IMG/VR virus record: IMGVR_UViG_3300031132_000002
From: a virus
DNA length: 64,000 nt
Direction: 5' to 3' (one strand)
How positions within the stretch are numbered: position 1 is the stretch's first letter; each line of letters starts with the position of its first letter. Below the pieces are notes generated by a model. It did not search any database and was not told the origin of the DNA. It saw only the letters and a list, made by a program, of their open reading frames with translations. This document shows positions 46,890-56,192 of this stretch, in pieces. The translations under genes were made by a program, and so were the position numbers.

Positions 46890-47273
46890 ATGCAACCAAT
46901 TATCACTGTCGAGTTTCTTTGCTGCGGAACTACAGAGTCATTCAAGAAGCAATCCAATACAGTAGCTGGATGTTCGTGTGGATCTTTCGTTGATTGGACA
47001 CCATACTACTACCGTACAACGACAAACATACGCATCACTTCCAGCTTCCACCAGGATTGTCGTGACTACTTTGATCAACGAAGCATCAAACATTACACAG
47101 ACACTGCCGGAGATGTTATTGGCTTGCCTTTCGATGCTCTCTACAAAATCATTTGTAAAAAGGATGGTCTGATTCTTCTTGACAATAATCAACCACGTAA
47201 GATATCCTTTTCAACAGTTAAGAGTGCTCTGAAACGAGCTAATAAATTACACAAAGAGGAGAACAAACAATGA
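46890..47273 (+). CDS. Zn-binding hypothetical protein
   Basis: CCG...CSCG..VDW; RBS GAGGAGG. Confidence 0.7.
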   Translation: MQPIITVEFLCCGTTESFKKQSNTVAGCSCGSFVDWTPYYYRTTTNIRITSSFHQDCRDYFDQRSIKHYTDTAGDVIGLPFDALYKIICKKDGLILLDNNQPRKISFSTVKSALKRANKLHKEENKQ

Positions 47274-47620
47274 AGATGATTAAAGGTGTGGTGTTATCGG
47301 CAATGATGTTGTTAGCGGGTCAGGCAGTTGCAGGTACAACACATTGGGTGTGCGATGTTACTGTCTCAGGAAACACGCCTAAAACCTTCTCTGAGAAGGG
47401 TTCAGAAATTACGGACTACGGTAACTCCTTTAAGGTGAACGTTGACGGGAAGGAGCTACAGACGCCCTCAATGAATCGTTGGGATCAAACGACAAACGTT
47501 TTCTCGGTTAGTCAAAATGGTGTTGTAATGAAAATGCGCCCTCTGTACGATATGCGCTACTATATTGAAGACCAAAACCGAGGTGTGTTCTTCAAGTTTA
47601 CAGATTGCGTGGAGGAATAA
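47270..47620 (+). CDS. Secreted protein
   Basis: Signal peptide ending AVA; two Cys. Confidence 0.72.
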   Translation: MKMIKGVVLSAMMLLAGQAVAGTTHWVCDVTVSGNTPKTFSEKGSEITDYGNSFKVNVDGKELQTPSMNRWDQTTNVFSVSQNGVVMKMRPLYDMRYYIEDQNRGVFFKFTDCVEE

Positions 47621-47913
47621 TGTTAGACTTAAAAGTAGGAATGAAGGTAACTTGTCCAACAAAAGAAGATATGATTTTTGCGTTGGAATTACTGGAAGAT
47701 GAAGGTTTCACTTGGATCAATGGAGGCGAGAAGCCTACACAGTGGACGCCTTGGACAAAAGTTCCAAACCATTCTTTCCCTGATAGCATCAACTTCCATA
47801 GTGATGAGAAGGGTAAGTTGAAAATCTGTCGCGGTAGTTATCCGTCTGGAGTAGAATGGACAATCCCAATAAGCGAACTATTTCTTAATTTTAATCCTGA
47901 GGAGGGAAAATGA
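47620..47913 (+). CDS. Hypothetical protein
   Basis: Start refined to MLDLKV (TAATG overlap). Confidence 0.65.
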   Translation: MLDLKVGMKVTCPTKEDMIFALELLEDEGFTWINGGEKPTQWTPWTKVPNHSFPDSINFHSDEKGKLKICRGSYPSGVEWTIPISELFLNFNPEEGK

Positions 47914-48338
47914 ATATCTCTAAAAATTCTTGGCATTATCGTACTATCCGCAATATGAATCGTACCCCATCTAAAAGCCTATGCGTATACTTCTGGCAAG
48001 TGGTGATGTGTACCTTCTTCCTATATATTTTCACCCCTATTATCTTTCTGCTAATGGGTATTGCAGTTGCTGGGGCTATTCCTATGCTTATCGGAGCCAT
48101 TATGACAAGCACTGCTGATGCAGAGTTACATAACTGGATTGTCGTCGTGAAGTGTTGGAGCATTGGCTTGGGCTTTATTGTAGCATTGGCGGCAGTGGTA
48201 TGGTTTATTGTCTCCATCTGGAGTTATGTAGGTAGTAAACTATCTAACTTCTCTGTTGACAGTGAGAAGGGTTTGCTGGTATCTTACGTTAAAGCAAAGA
48301 AGCAGAAAGTCTGCCCGATTATCGAATTTAAGGATTAA
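47910..48338 (+). CDS. Membrane protein
   Basis: NSWHYR..SLCVYFW, TM helices, KAKKQKVCPII. Confidence 0.75.
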   Translation: MNISKNSWHYRTIRNMNRTPSKSLCVYFWQVVMCTFFLYIFTPIIFLLMGIAVAGAIPMLIGAIMTSTADAELHNWIVVVKCWSIGLGFIVALAAVVWFIVSIWSYVGSKLSNFSVDSEKGLLVSYVKAKKQKVCPIIEFKD

Positions 48339-48340
48339 GA

Positions 48341-48631
48341 ATGAAAGTACTGACTTCCACAAAGAACATCACACAGACGCAGTACGGTAATGGTGTCATT
48401 ATCCGTGTAAACGGTGAGGATGAGTCTTGGCTGGCGTCTTATGAGGAGACTGACGAAGGTAACATTCTTCTGGACAATCCTATTAAGGTGTTGCGGATCT
48501 TCGGGGATCAGAAGCAAACGTGGAAGTCGTATAAAGAGTTCAACCTTACTGACGAGATCGTAAGAATGCTTGACAAAGTGATTCAGTTATTTACTGACGC
48601 ACCTGATGAAACTAAGAAAGTGCTCCTATAG
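48341..48631 (+). CDS. Hypothetical protein
   Basis: Operon ORF. Confidence 0.65.
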   Translation: MKVLTSTKNITQTQYGNGVIIRVNGEDESWLASYEETDEGNILLDNPIKVLRIFGDQKQTWKSYKEFNLTDEIVRMLDKVIQLFTDAPDETKKVLL

Positions 48632-48649
48632 GGGCGCTTTGGAGGCACT

Positions 48650-48889
48650 ATGACTGATACCACATACTTAGAGCAACTAAACCAGATGACAGTGGCATAT
48701 AATGCTGAGGTGAAGAAAGGCCAGGTATTGCTGAAACAACGTGATTTAGCCATTGGCGAGGCACAAGGGTATGCCTCTTACTGTGACTCTCTACTGATGG
48801 ATCTCACAGGTAACGTTGAAACAGATAACATTACTGAATGTAGTACTAAGGTGCTGGAGATTCTTAAACTCTCGGAGGTATCTCTATGA
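48650..48889 (+). CDS. Hypothetical protein
   Basis: RBS GGAGG. Confidence 0.65.
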   Translation: MTDTTYLEQLNQMTVAYNAEVKKGQVLLKQRDLAIGEAQGYASYCDSLLMDLTGNVETDNITECSTKVLEILKLSEVSL

Positions 48890-49089
48890 AAGGAATATTC
48901 ACAGGAACAATCCAGGTGGAAGTAGATAAAGGTGTAGATCTACTTACTGCCGTTAAGGGAGCAAAGTCATTGCTTTATACCACAAAAGCAGATAAGATCC
49001 TTTTCGATTTTAATGGTGTCTGGTTAGAAGTTGACCAAAACCATACTTTGGAAGATGTTATCAAAGAGTACTACAGTAATTTTGAATAA
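48886..49089 (+). CDS. Hypothetical protein
   Basis: RBS GGAGG; FDFNGV motif. Confidence 0.65.
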   Translation: MKGIFTGTIQVEVDKGVDLLTAVKGAKSLLYTTKADKILFDFNGVWLEVDQNHTLEDVIKEYYSNFE

Positions 49090-49099
49090 GGAGGACTAA

Positions 49100-49318
49100 A
49101 TGAGTTTTGATTTCTCTGTCTCCTTCTCTACTAAGGCCGCAGCCGTAAGAGGAGAAACAGAACTTAAACATTTAGACATTCGCATTAAGAACAAGATGGC
49201 ATATCCTGGAAGTATCCAGTATTATATGCTCTCTGCACCTTCGGAAGCAGTGTTTAATATCTTTGTCGATAAGATCGGCGCACGTAAAACAGGGCCAAAG
49301 GCTCTACTCGTTAAGTAA
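49100..49318 (+). CDS. Hypothetical protein
   Basis: RBS AGGAGG. Confidence 0.65.
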   Translation: MSFDFSVSFSTKAAAVRGETELKHLDIRIKNKMAYPGSIQYYMLSAPSEAVFNIFVDKIGARKTGPKALLVK

Positions 49319-49327
49319 GGAGAATAT

Positions 49328-49756
49328 ATGACTATCCAGACTATCCCTCAAGGTTCTGTTATTGAGTATGTTGGCAATACTTTGGGAAGATATCAGAATG
49401 AAGATATGATCGGGAGGCTGGCGACAGTGCTCGAAGACCATTCAGGTAAGGAGGATATCACTATAAAAGTTACATTTGGTAATGGTGAAGTAGGTGTGAT
49501 GCCTCGCAACATTAAGGTGATCAGCACTCCTGAGGAAGATGCTCTGCCAGAGGTGCCGAACGAAGAGTTGTATACTGATAAGTATGGGGATACTATTCTT
49601 GTTGAAAGGTCTAATGAGAGCGGGGAAGACCTGCTGTGGCTTACAGCAAAAGATAAGCACGGAGAAGCTATTTTGGAGTTTACTGATCGTAACGCTGTGT
49701 TGGATTTGGCTTCTCATTTAATGCGTATTGGCTTACATATGAATAAGGAGTGTTAA
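49328..49756 (+). CDS. Two-domain protein; C-terminal domain shared with 45216-45638
   Basis: ALPEVPNEELYTD...VLDLASHLMRI. Confidence 0.7.
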   Translation: MTIQTIPQGSVIEYVGNTLGRYQNEDMIGRLATVLEDHSGKEDITIKVTFGNGEVGVMPRNIKVISTPEEDALPEVPNEELYTDKYGDTILVERSNESGEDLLWLTAKDKHGEAILEFTDRNAVLDLASHLMRIGLHMNKEC

Positions 49757-50403
49757 TGGTATACACTCACTTAAAAATGAAGGTTGATTGGTGTAGTGGT
49801 ACTCCAGGCCCAAGGAAGGGTGATATCGTCAAGATTCTTGCTGACTATGAAGAAGATGGATTTTGGGTTGTAATACACGGCGAAAGAGATTACACTGTGT
49901 ACATTGAAGAAGCCGAATACTATGATCAGGAGAAAGAACAAATGAAACTAACACCAAACCAACAATTAGCATTAGCGATCAAACTGGCAGCAGAAGGTCA
50001 TATCGATCAAGTAGATAAAGGAGGCAAGCCATACATCCTGCACCCTATTAAGGTTATGCATTACCTGAAAACAGACGATATGGAGCTTATGTCTATTGGT
50101 GTGCTACACGATGTGGTTGAAGATACGCCACTAAGTCTAACTGATCTGCGTGATATGGGCTTCTCTGACCGTGTAGTTGAAGGTGTTCGACTGCTCACAA
50201 AAGTATCAGGAATCTCTGATGACCAGTATATTTCAGCAATCAAGATGAATGTGGACGCTACTCGCGTTAAACTGGCAGACTTACGCCATAACTCTGATGT
50301 TCGTCGCCTTAAGGGGATGACAGATAAAGACCTTCTGCGTATGCGCAAGTACCACGGAATGTATCTGGAGCTAGAGAAAGCACTAAAAATTCACGTTAGC
50401 TAG
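49756..50403 (+). CDS. HD-domain hydrolase (SpoT/Mesh1-like) with N-terminal SH3-like extension; internal start at 49942
   Basis: AEGHIDQVDKGGKPYILHP, LHDVVEDT, VKLADLRHN. Confidence 0.85.
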   Translation: MVYTHLKMKVDWCSGTPGPRKGDIVKILADYEEDGFWVVIHGERDYTVYIEEAEYYDQEKEQMKLTPNQQLALAIKLAAEGHIDQVDKGGKPYILHPIKVMHYLKTDDMELMSIGVLHDVVEDTPLSLTDLRDMGFSDRVVEGVRLLTKVSGISDDQYISAIKMNVDATRVKLADLRHNSDVRRLKGMTDKDLLRMRKYHGMYLELEKALKIHVS

Positions 50404-50413
50404 GAGATTAGCA

Positions 50414-50914
50414 ATGAAACTCTACGAGGCAAGAAGGATTATCCGTGATCGGAAATCCGATATCGCAAAGAAAGCAAATGAACATCTACACCAGTTTGGG
50501 TTGATGATGGATCTTGTTATTACGAACCACGTTGCGGATCGTATCTTTGACAGATCCTTGCGCGTAGATGTGGATATTGATAAGATAATGGTGATGTTGC
50601 AGGAGATGGTGGATTTTCACCTTGGCAGACTAATGCATAAAGCATTCTTCGCTGATGATGGTGGATTGATCCTCTATCGCCTGTACCGTGGAAACCTAGT
50701 AGAGTGTTTTGCACTTGCAATTGAGTGTAAGATGGTAGACAATGGTGTTTTCCAGGTGATTGTAAGAACATTTATGCCAGCAGCCAGCTTGACATATGTT
50801 CGACAAAGAGATAACCTTCTCTTCGCACCAAAGAGAAAAATGAGGCTTGTAAGTAATCTTCAGAAGATGCTATACTCCTCTCACTGTCCAGAAGCACTTA
50901 AAATCTTACGATAA
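50414..50914 (+). CDS. Hypothetical protein
   Basis: ITNHVADRIFDR...VIVRTF; RBS AGGAG. Confidence 0.7.
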   Translation: MKLYEARRIIRDRKSDIAKKANEHLHQFGLMMDLVITNHVADRIFDRSLRVDVDIDKIMVMLQEMVDFHLGRLMHKAFFADDGGLILYRLYRGNLVECFALAIECKMVDNGVFQVIVRTFMPAASLTYVRQRDNLLFAPKRKMRLVSNLQKMLYSSHCPEALKILR

Positions 50915-50925
50915 GGAACTAAAAA

Positions 50926-51201
50926 ATGAAAAAGACTGTACTGAGTTTTGGCGTAGCACTGATGTTATCTATGGGCGCAGCCCACGCTGGTAATGCCCCT
51001 ACTGTGACCGAAGTTAAGGGTAATATCCCTCAGTGTCTGGAGTTGTTCCGTAGTCGTGATCAAGAGAAAGCTATTTTGGATTGTGGCGCTTACTTGCTTC
51101 GTATCGATTTATCCTCGGACTACCTGAACAAGCGATACATTACCTGCGAAAAGAATGGTAATGGTAGCATTGGTACTTGCAAAGATGTGTGGGAGGACTA
51201 A
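50926..51201 (+). CDS. Secreted Cys-containing protein
   Basis: Signal peptide ending AHA; four Cys. Confidence 0.7.
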   Translation: MKKTVLSFGVALMLSMGAAHAGNAPTVTEVKGNIPQCLELFRSRDQEKAILDCGAYLLRIDLSSDYLNKRYITCEKNGNGSIGTCKDVWED

Positions 51202-51202
51202 G

Positions 51203-51616
51203 ATGAACTATGGTTTGTTTTTACGTGCAGCGGTTGATCTGGATAATTGGCCTGATGGTTATCCTTACGTGGCTATGACGGGTGCTAACATCCATTTCTA
51301 TAAGCACAAACCCAACTTAGTTAAAGAAAGAGTCAAAGTAACCAGCACATATGGATACAGTACTTATCATTGGGAAGGGGATCGGTCTGGATTGTATCAG
51401 GAGTGCGAATCAACTCATCCTATGGCTTCTGAGGTAGTTATGACCAAAGAAGAGTTGATGACTTTTTGCCCAGAGAAAGCACGGGTAGCTTTCCAGGCTC
51501 TAACTAAACAAGAAGCAGAAGAGGAGAACTATGATAATGCACAAGCCATAATCACGGCTATGTCTATTATGCTGTTAATCCCCTCCGTCATACTTTGCTG
51601 CTACTTGTGGGGTTGA
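51203..51616 (+). CDS. Tail-anchored membrane protein
   Basis: Start refined to MNYGLF; C-terminal TM. Confidence 0.65.
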   Translation: MNYGLFLRAAVDLDNWPDGYPYVAMTGANIHFYKHKPNLVKERVKVTSTYGYSTYHWEGDRSGLYQECESTHPMASEVVMTKEELMTFCPEKARVAFQALTKQEAEEENYDNAQAIITAMSIMLLIPSVILCCYLWG

Positions 51617-51618
51617 GG

Positions 51619-51798
51619 ATGAGGACGGATTACTTAGGACGTCCAATAGCAGAAATGACTGTGCCGGATAAAAATGTCTTGTGTGTTCGCTGTCTTCGCT
51701 GTTACAATCTAGCCACGGCACCAAGGTCTGCTCCAGAAAAGCTGGATGTAAAAGAACCGAAGTGTCCGAACTGCAACTGTAAAGTTTATTACTCATAG
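51619..51798 (+). CDS. Zn-ribbon protein
   Basis: CLRC...CPNC; start refined to MRTDYLG. Confidence 0.65.
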   Translation: MRTDYLGRPIAEMTVPDKNVLCVRCLRCYNLATAPRSAPEKLDVKEPKCPNCNCKVYYS

Positions 51799-51808
51799 GA
51801 GAAACACA

Positions 51809-52288
51809 ATGGCTATTCCTGATTACTGTGATGACCGCGCTAAGAAGCACTATAAAAACTATTTTGTAGGTAGTGACCACGGTGATAATGGAAGTATGTA
51901 TGGGTATCGTTACGATAGCGCTTCGGGTGGTAAGGCGACTAAAATGATTCACCTGTCACGTTATCGCTGCGTTTGTGCATACTGTGGTGAAGTTGGATTG
52001 CCATTACAGCCATTTTTCAAGGGTAGCTTTAACCAAGACTCAGATACCACTGTAACGGGCTATATGTGTGTCTGTAAAGATGCTATGGATCAGTTGGAGA
52101 TTGAAGAGTCTATCCGGCAGTTACGAGCTAAACAGGCAAACGATATGAAGGAGCTAGAAAGCACTCTCCCTAAGCCTGCCTCTGAGGTACTCGCAAAAGT
52201 TATGGCTAATCGTATTAAAACCTTGACCGAAGAAATAGAGTCAGGTAACTTTACAGAGCTGGACAGGCTCGGGATTAATGTAAGATAA
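51809..52288 (+). CDS. Zn-binding hypothetical protein
   Basis: CAYCG...CVC. Confidence 0.7.
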   Translation: MAIPDYCDDRAKKHYKNYFVGSDHGDNGSMYGYRYDSASGGKATKMIHLSRYRCVCAYCGEVGLPLQPFFKGSFNQDSDTTVTGYMCVCKDAMDQLEIEESIRQLRAKQANDMKELESTLPKPASEVLAKVMANRIKTLTEEIESGNFTELDRLGINVR

Positions 52289-52764
52289 TGTCGCAGAAAA
52301 CTAAAACACCAACCTTTGATAAGATCCGAGACGAGTATCACGGACTGATCTATTGTTCTGTTATTGGTACTTGGGTTGAGATAGTCATTTTTGAGCAAGA
52401 AGGTATCTGGTATGTCAATTACGAAAACAAAGATCCTTCTGAACGGATGTACACCACCGCTTCACTTGCAGACGCTATCGCTTGGGCTGTTGTTCATCAC
52501 AAACAATCTGTAAGAAAAACTTTCATAGGAGAACCAAAGATGGTAAACGTAAAACTGAATAAGATTGCAATTCTGGAAGGTCTGAACAGCGAAGAAGATC
52601 TGTCTGAAATGTCAGCTATGGAGGCTATCTACGATATCCGGTCTCTAAAAGCTTTGATTGCCTATGGTCACGAAACCTTCCAGGTGGATAAAGATTCTAT
52701 TAGCCCTGAGGGTAAGGTATATGTCGAGGGATTTGAGATGTGGTTGCCAGTGGTGGAGGTATAA
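52288..52764 (+). CDS. Hypothetical protein with possible internal start at 52540
   Basis: In-frame AGGAG-N8-ATG. Confidence 0.65.
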   Translation: MSQKTKTPTFDKIRDEYHGLIYCSVIGTWVEIVIFEQEGIWYVNYENKDPSERMYTTASLADAIAWAVVHHKQSVRKTFIGEPKMVNVKLNKIAILEGLNSEEDLSEMSAMEAIYDIRSLKALIAYGHETFQVDKDSISPEGKVYVEGFEMWLPVVEV

Positions 52765-53258
52765 TGTCCAAGCGCTATGGTCGTAACCAAAGGAGAAAGG
52801 CAAGGGAGCAAATTGCAGATCTGTCTCGTAGACACACTCAATCTGAGTTGCATAATGAAGATCTACAGAACAGAATGAGAAATCTTCTGGAGATGGCTGA
52901 TGTTATGGATGAGGTGCTGGGTAAAAACTTCATTGGTAACGAAAATAGTTATCACGTAGAGCCAGGGCAAGATTTTATCCGTGTGCCAGAGGTTCCTAAC
53001 TTCGGTTATCCTTATGGTAAGGTTACAGATGCACGAGAGATAGCCTACAAACTTCATAGCTTACAGGTGATGGAGACTAGTGTTGAGCTAGACGCACTGC
53101 GGGAGGCAATGTGTGTAAGAGTTTACATTGGCGGCGAAGCAGGTATGGCGCTTAATATGACTACGCGCGTGTGGGATCACTTCCCTCGTGAATATTTGAT
53201 TAAAGATCTCAGTCGTAAGTTTGCAGAAATGCTCGTAAACAGGATTCAGAATAAATAA
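52764..53258 (+). CDS. Hypothetical protein
   Basis: Start refined to MSKRYGRNQRRKARE. Confidence 0.7.
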   Translation: MSKRYGRNQRRKAREQIADLSRRHTQSELHNEDLQNRMRNLLEMADVMDEVLGKNFIGNENSYHVEPGQDFIRVPEVPNFGYPYGKVTDAREIAYKLHSLQVMETSVELDALREAMCVRVYIGGEAGMALNMTTRVWDHFPREYLIKDLSRKFAEMLVNRIQNK

Positions 53259-53267
53259 GGAGAATAT

Positions 53268-53501
53268 ATGAAAAAGATTTTTGCTGTATTGATGATTGCT
53301 TTTGCTTTAGTTGGGTGTAAGGCAGAAACTAACGATATCTCAGCAGACTTTGTACTGCCGAGTGATATCTCAAACTGTAAAGTGTATGCACTTCACGATA
53401 CCAACGGTGGCGTGTTAAAGGCTCTTATCTGCCCTAACGCTACAACTGCTACAGAGTGGAAGGAAGGCAAGTATACACGTCAGATGGTGGCTAAAGGCTA
53501 A
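53268..53501 (+). CDS. Lipoprotein
   Basis: Lipobox LVGC. Confidence 0.8.
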   Translation: MKKIFAVLMIAFALVGCKAETNDISADFVLPSDISNCKVYALHDTNGGVLKALICPNATTATEWKEGKYTRQMVAKG

Positions 53502-53676
53502 GGAGAACTCCTATGAAGAAAGCATTGATTGTTAGTACTAGTCGGGTTACTGCTATCACACCTAAACTCCGTACAGAAAGTGAGGTATTATGCTTCACAG
53601 ATATAGATCACGGTTTAAAGTGGATTGCCTCCAATAAAGACAAAGTATTAAATTATCATTTTGCCAAAATTATTGA

Positions 53677-53705
53677 TTGACAGCCTACGGGCTGTCTTGT
53701 AGTAT
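53677..53705 (+). promoter_or_regulatory. Sigma70 promoter with overlapping inverted repeat
   Basis: TTGACA-N17-TAGTAT; GACAGCC/GGCTGTC. Confidence 0.7.
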
Positions 53706-53740
53706 GTGTCCTATCGAAGCAGAGAACGGAGTTATCAAAA

Positions 53741-54016
53741 ATGTTGGAACCAATCACAAAGCGTCAACGTAAGAAGGGTATGGTGAGTGCAGATCGTGCA
53801 GACTTCATCTGGAAGTGTGGCAAGGTTTGGAAATCTTACGTTGCAGAGAAGCGTATTGTTGTAATCACTGATCATAAGATCGCAGCAGAGGATTTGTTTC
53901 AGGAATATTTTGATAAGATTGTTCCAGGCATTAAGCGTGGCCTTGTCATTCTTAAAACATTGGATGAAGTGACTTTAGAGGATATGGCAGATGAAAAAGG
54001 TTTCGTCGAGTTTTAA
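53741..54016 (+). CDS. Hypothetical protein
   Basis: ORF just after the promoter. Confidence 0.65.
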   Translation: MLEPITKRQRKKGMVSADRADFIWKCGKVWKSYVAEKRIVVITDHKIAAEDLFQEYFDKIVPGIKRGLVILKTLDEVTLEDMADEKGFVEF

Positions 54017-54122
54017 CTGGAAACAGGAAGAAATTATGTTGACCTCTGCTCCGGCTGAGGTTAGAATCTTCCCTAAGCAAGTAATAAATACCCTTTTAAC
54101 TCAGATTAATGGAGACTCAATA

Positions 54123-54512
54123 ATGAATGGTCACAAAAAAGATACCTTAGTTGTCCTGACTGCCTCTACGCCAGAAGGTAAGTCACGTCTTACTCCAGGT
54201 GAGTTATACCGTAGTGCTGATCGAGTTATCGGTATTGAAAAGGCGAAGCCGGAAGATTTCCCAGAAGAGATCACTCTGCATAACTCTCTGACAGGCAAGA
54301 GTCGCACAATGCGTCTAAAAGGTCGTCCAGAGTTGCAGAACGTCCCTATGGAAACTACAATGCGTCAAGTGGAGGTGTTCCACGTTCAAGATTTCTCTGA
54401 GTTGGAAAAACGAGCATCACTGTTTATGGACAAACCAGAAGTTCAGGAAGCCTTGAAACTCCCTAAAAACCATCCAGCACGATTTGCTACATTGTACGGT
54501 GGTTTCGTATGA
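54123..54512 (+). CDS. Hypothetical protein with PolA motif-like peptides
   Basis: Start refined to MNGHKK after GGAG; QDFSELEKR and RFATLYG. Confidence 0.65.
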   Translation: MNGHKKDTLVVLTASTPEGKSRLTPGELYRSADRVIGIEKAKPEDFPEEITLHNSLTGKSRTMRLKGRPELQNVPMETTMRQVEVFHVQDFSELEKRASLFMDKPEVQEALKLPKNHPARFATLYGGFV

Positions 54513-54715
54513 TGCTCTTTCTTCTTTGGTGGCTTAGCGTTGGTTTCGTTGCAGCAACAATGATATACTATGTAGATTGTCTGGGGGCAAGTTATGTGAA
54601 TAGTCCTTGGATGATTATTCCAAGCACGATTCTCTGGCCCGTCTTGTATATTCCGGCAATCTTAGGTACAATCAGCCTTTATAAATATCGCAAAGAAAAA
54701 GGAGATGTGATCTAA
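54509..54715 (+). CDS. Membrane protein
   Basis: Two hydrophobic segments, LWP motif. Confidence 0.65.
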   Translation: MMLFLLWWLSVGFVAATMIYYVDCLGASYVNSPWMIIPSTILWPVLYIPAILGTISLYKYRKEKGDVI

Positions 54716-54903
54716 TGACTATCAAAGTAGTAGAACAACAAAAAGAAATGCAATGTACTTGCAGACAGTGCGGTAGCGTATTAGCATACGTTTTCACCGA
54801 TATTCAGACTGTTACATACAAAGATATCAGTCAGTGTACCGGAACAGACCACTATATTGATTGCCCTGTGTGTAGAAAAAGAATCATACTCAAATCTTTC
54901 TAA
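54715..54903 (+). CDS. Zn-ribbon protein
   Basis: CRQCGS...CPVC. Confidence 0.7.
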   Translation: MTIKVVEQQKEMQCTCRQCGSVLAYVFTDIQTVTYKDISQCTGTDHYIDCPVCRKRIILKSF

Positions 54904-54912
54904 GGAGGAACA

Positions 54913-55308
54913 ATGGCAACTACAGAACAACTGAAAGACAAGGCATCTGACGTACTGCTCAGTATGATTGACGTTACAGTTAAAAGTATGAGTGATGTTA
55001 TTGAATTTGGTAAGCAGCAAATCCCAGAGGTCATTCATCAGCTACTTTTATGGCAACTTACATCTTCTGTTCTCTGGATTGTTGTGGGTGTTGTACTGGC
55101 TATCCTGGGTATTTGGTGGTGTCGCCTCGTTAATAAATGGGTGAAAAAGGATGCTGAGAATATTCCTGCACATATTGGAACCGTATTGTTGTTTGCAATT
55201 AGTGCTTGGATCATCATAGCCAACAGCTTAGATGCTCTCCAGATTTGGGTTGCGCCTAAGGTTTATCTTATTCAATATGCAGCCAGCTTAGCTCGTGGAG
55301 GTAACTAA
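54913..55308 (+). CDS. Membrane protein
   Basis: QIPEVIHQLLLW...IWVAPKVYLIQY; two TM segments. Confidence 0.75.
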   Translation: MATTEQLKDKASDVLLSMIDVTVKSMSDVIEFGKQQIPEVIHQLLLWQLTSSVLWIVVGVVLAILGIWWCRLVNKWVKKDAENIPAHIGTVLLFAISAWIIIANSLDALQIWVAPKVYLIQYAASLARGGN

Positions 55309-55655
55309 TGTTTTTAGATGATTTTAATTGTGTGGCAGATGTTGGTCGTGAGTTTGAACTGTCAGATCAGGAGCTATCAGATCTTTATCGAGCAAAGATC
55401 ATTATTGCCTGGTATACTTACGAATGTTACGAGGGCGAAGCTTATGTTTTGTACGAATTGGATGGCGTTCTCTATGAAGTGGAAGGCTACCATTGCTCTT
55501 GCTACGGCTTGGAAGGTCAGTGGAACCCTACAGAGACAAATGTAGAAACCGTCAAGCATATCTTAGAGAAAGGTACTCGTTATAATGGCGAGGGGCATAA
55601 ACGAACGTTTATAGATGCTTTTGAAGCATATTTAGCAAACAAGGAGGGAGAATGA
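55308..55655 (+). CDS. Hypothetical phage protein
   Basis: YEGEAYVL...LYEVEGYHCSCYGLEGQWNP. Confidence 0.75.
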   Translation: MFLDDFNCVADVGREFELSDQELSDLYRAKIIIAWYTYECYEGEAYVLYELDGVLYEVEGYHCSCYGLEGQWNPTETNVETVKHILEKGTRYNGEGHKRTFIDAFEAYLANKEGE

Positions 55656-56056
55656 GTACAACAATTAGAAAAACATCGTATGTTACCGCACTAAAAGCAA
55701 TGAACAAGATCCGTCAAACAAAAATTGACTCTCTTCATTCATTGAAAGGTAACAGAGGATTAACGCGGAGTATGCCTCCTTCTGTATTCTCTAAGGCTGT
55801 CAGTGGGATCAAAGCAGCTATTGCAGAGGATGATAAAATCATTGCAGATTTTAAGGCCAACTACAAAAAAGAACGTATCAATCCTGCTGAGCAGAAGATG
55901 ATTAACCTTTTCGAAGAGATTCGAGATGTTATTCTTGGTAGTCGTCCTTATGTTGAACGAGCAACCTACGGGCCACACGCCACTACTGTCGCCTCTGATC
56001 TCTATGCCAGACAGCGTAAAGTGCTAGAAGAGGTAGAGCGTTTAATAAGACGATGA
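55652..56056 (+). CDS. Hypothetical protein
   Basis: Coupled ORF. Confidence 0.65.
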   Translation: MSTTIRKTSYVTALKAMNKIRQTKIDSLHSLKGNRGLTRSMPPSVFSKAVSGIKAAIAEDDKIIADFKANYKKERINPAEQKMINLFEEIRDVILGSRPYVERATYGPHATTVASDLYARQRKVLEEVERLIRR

Positions 56057-56192
56057 GAGACAAAGAATCGAAAGAAATGATTGATCGGTGGCTAGAACAA
56101 GCGCTACACAAGATCGATACTATGCCAAGGGAAGAACTCTTGGCTTCATTGGAAGAATACGGCTTAGTTGCCCCAAAAGAGGAGAATGAATA

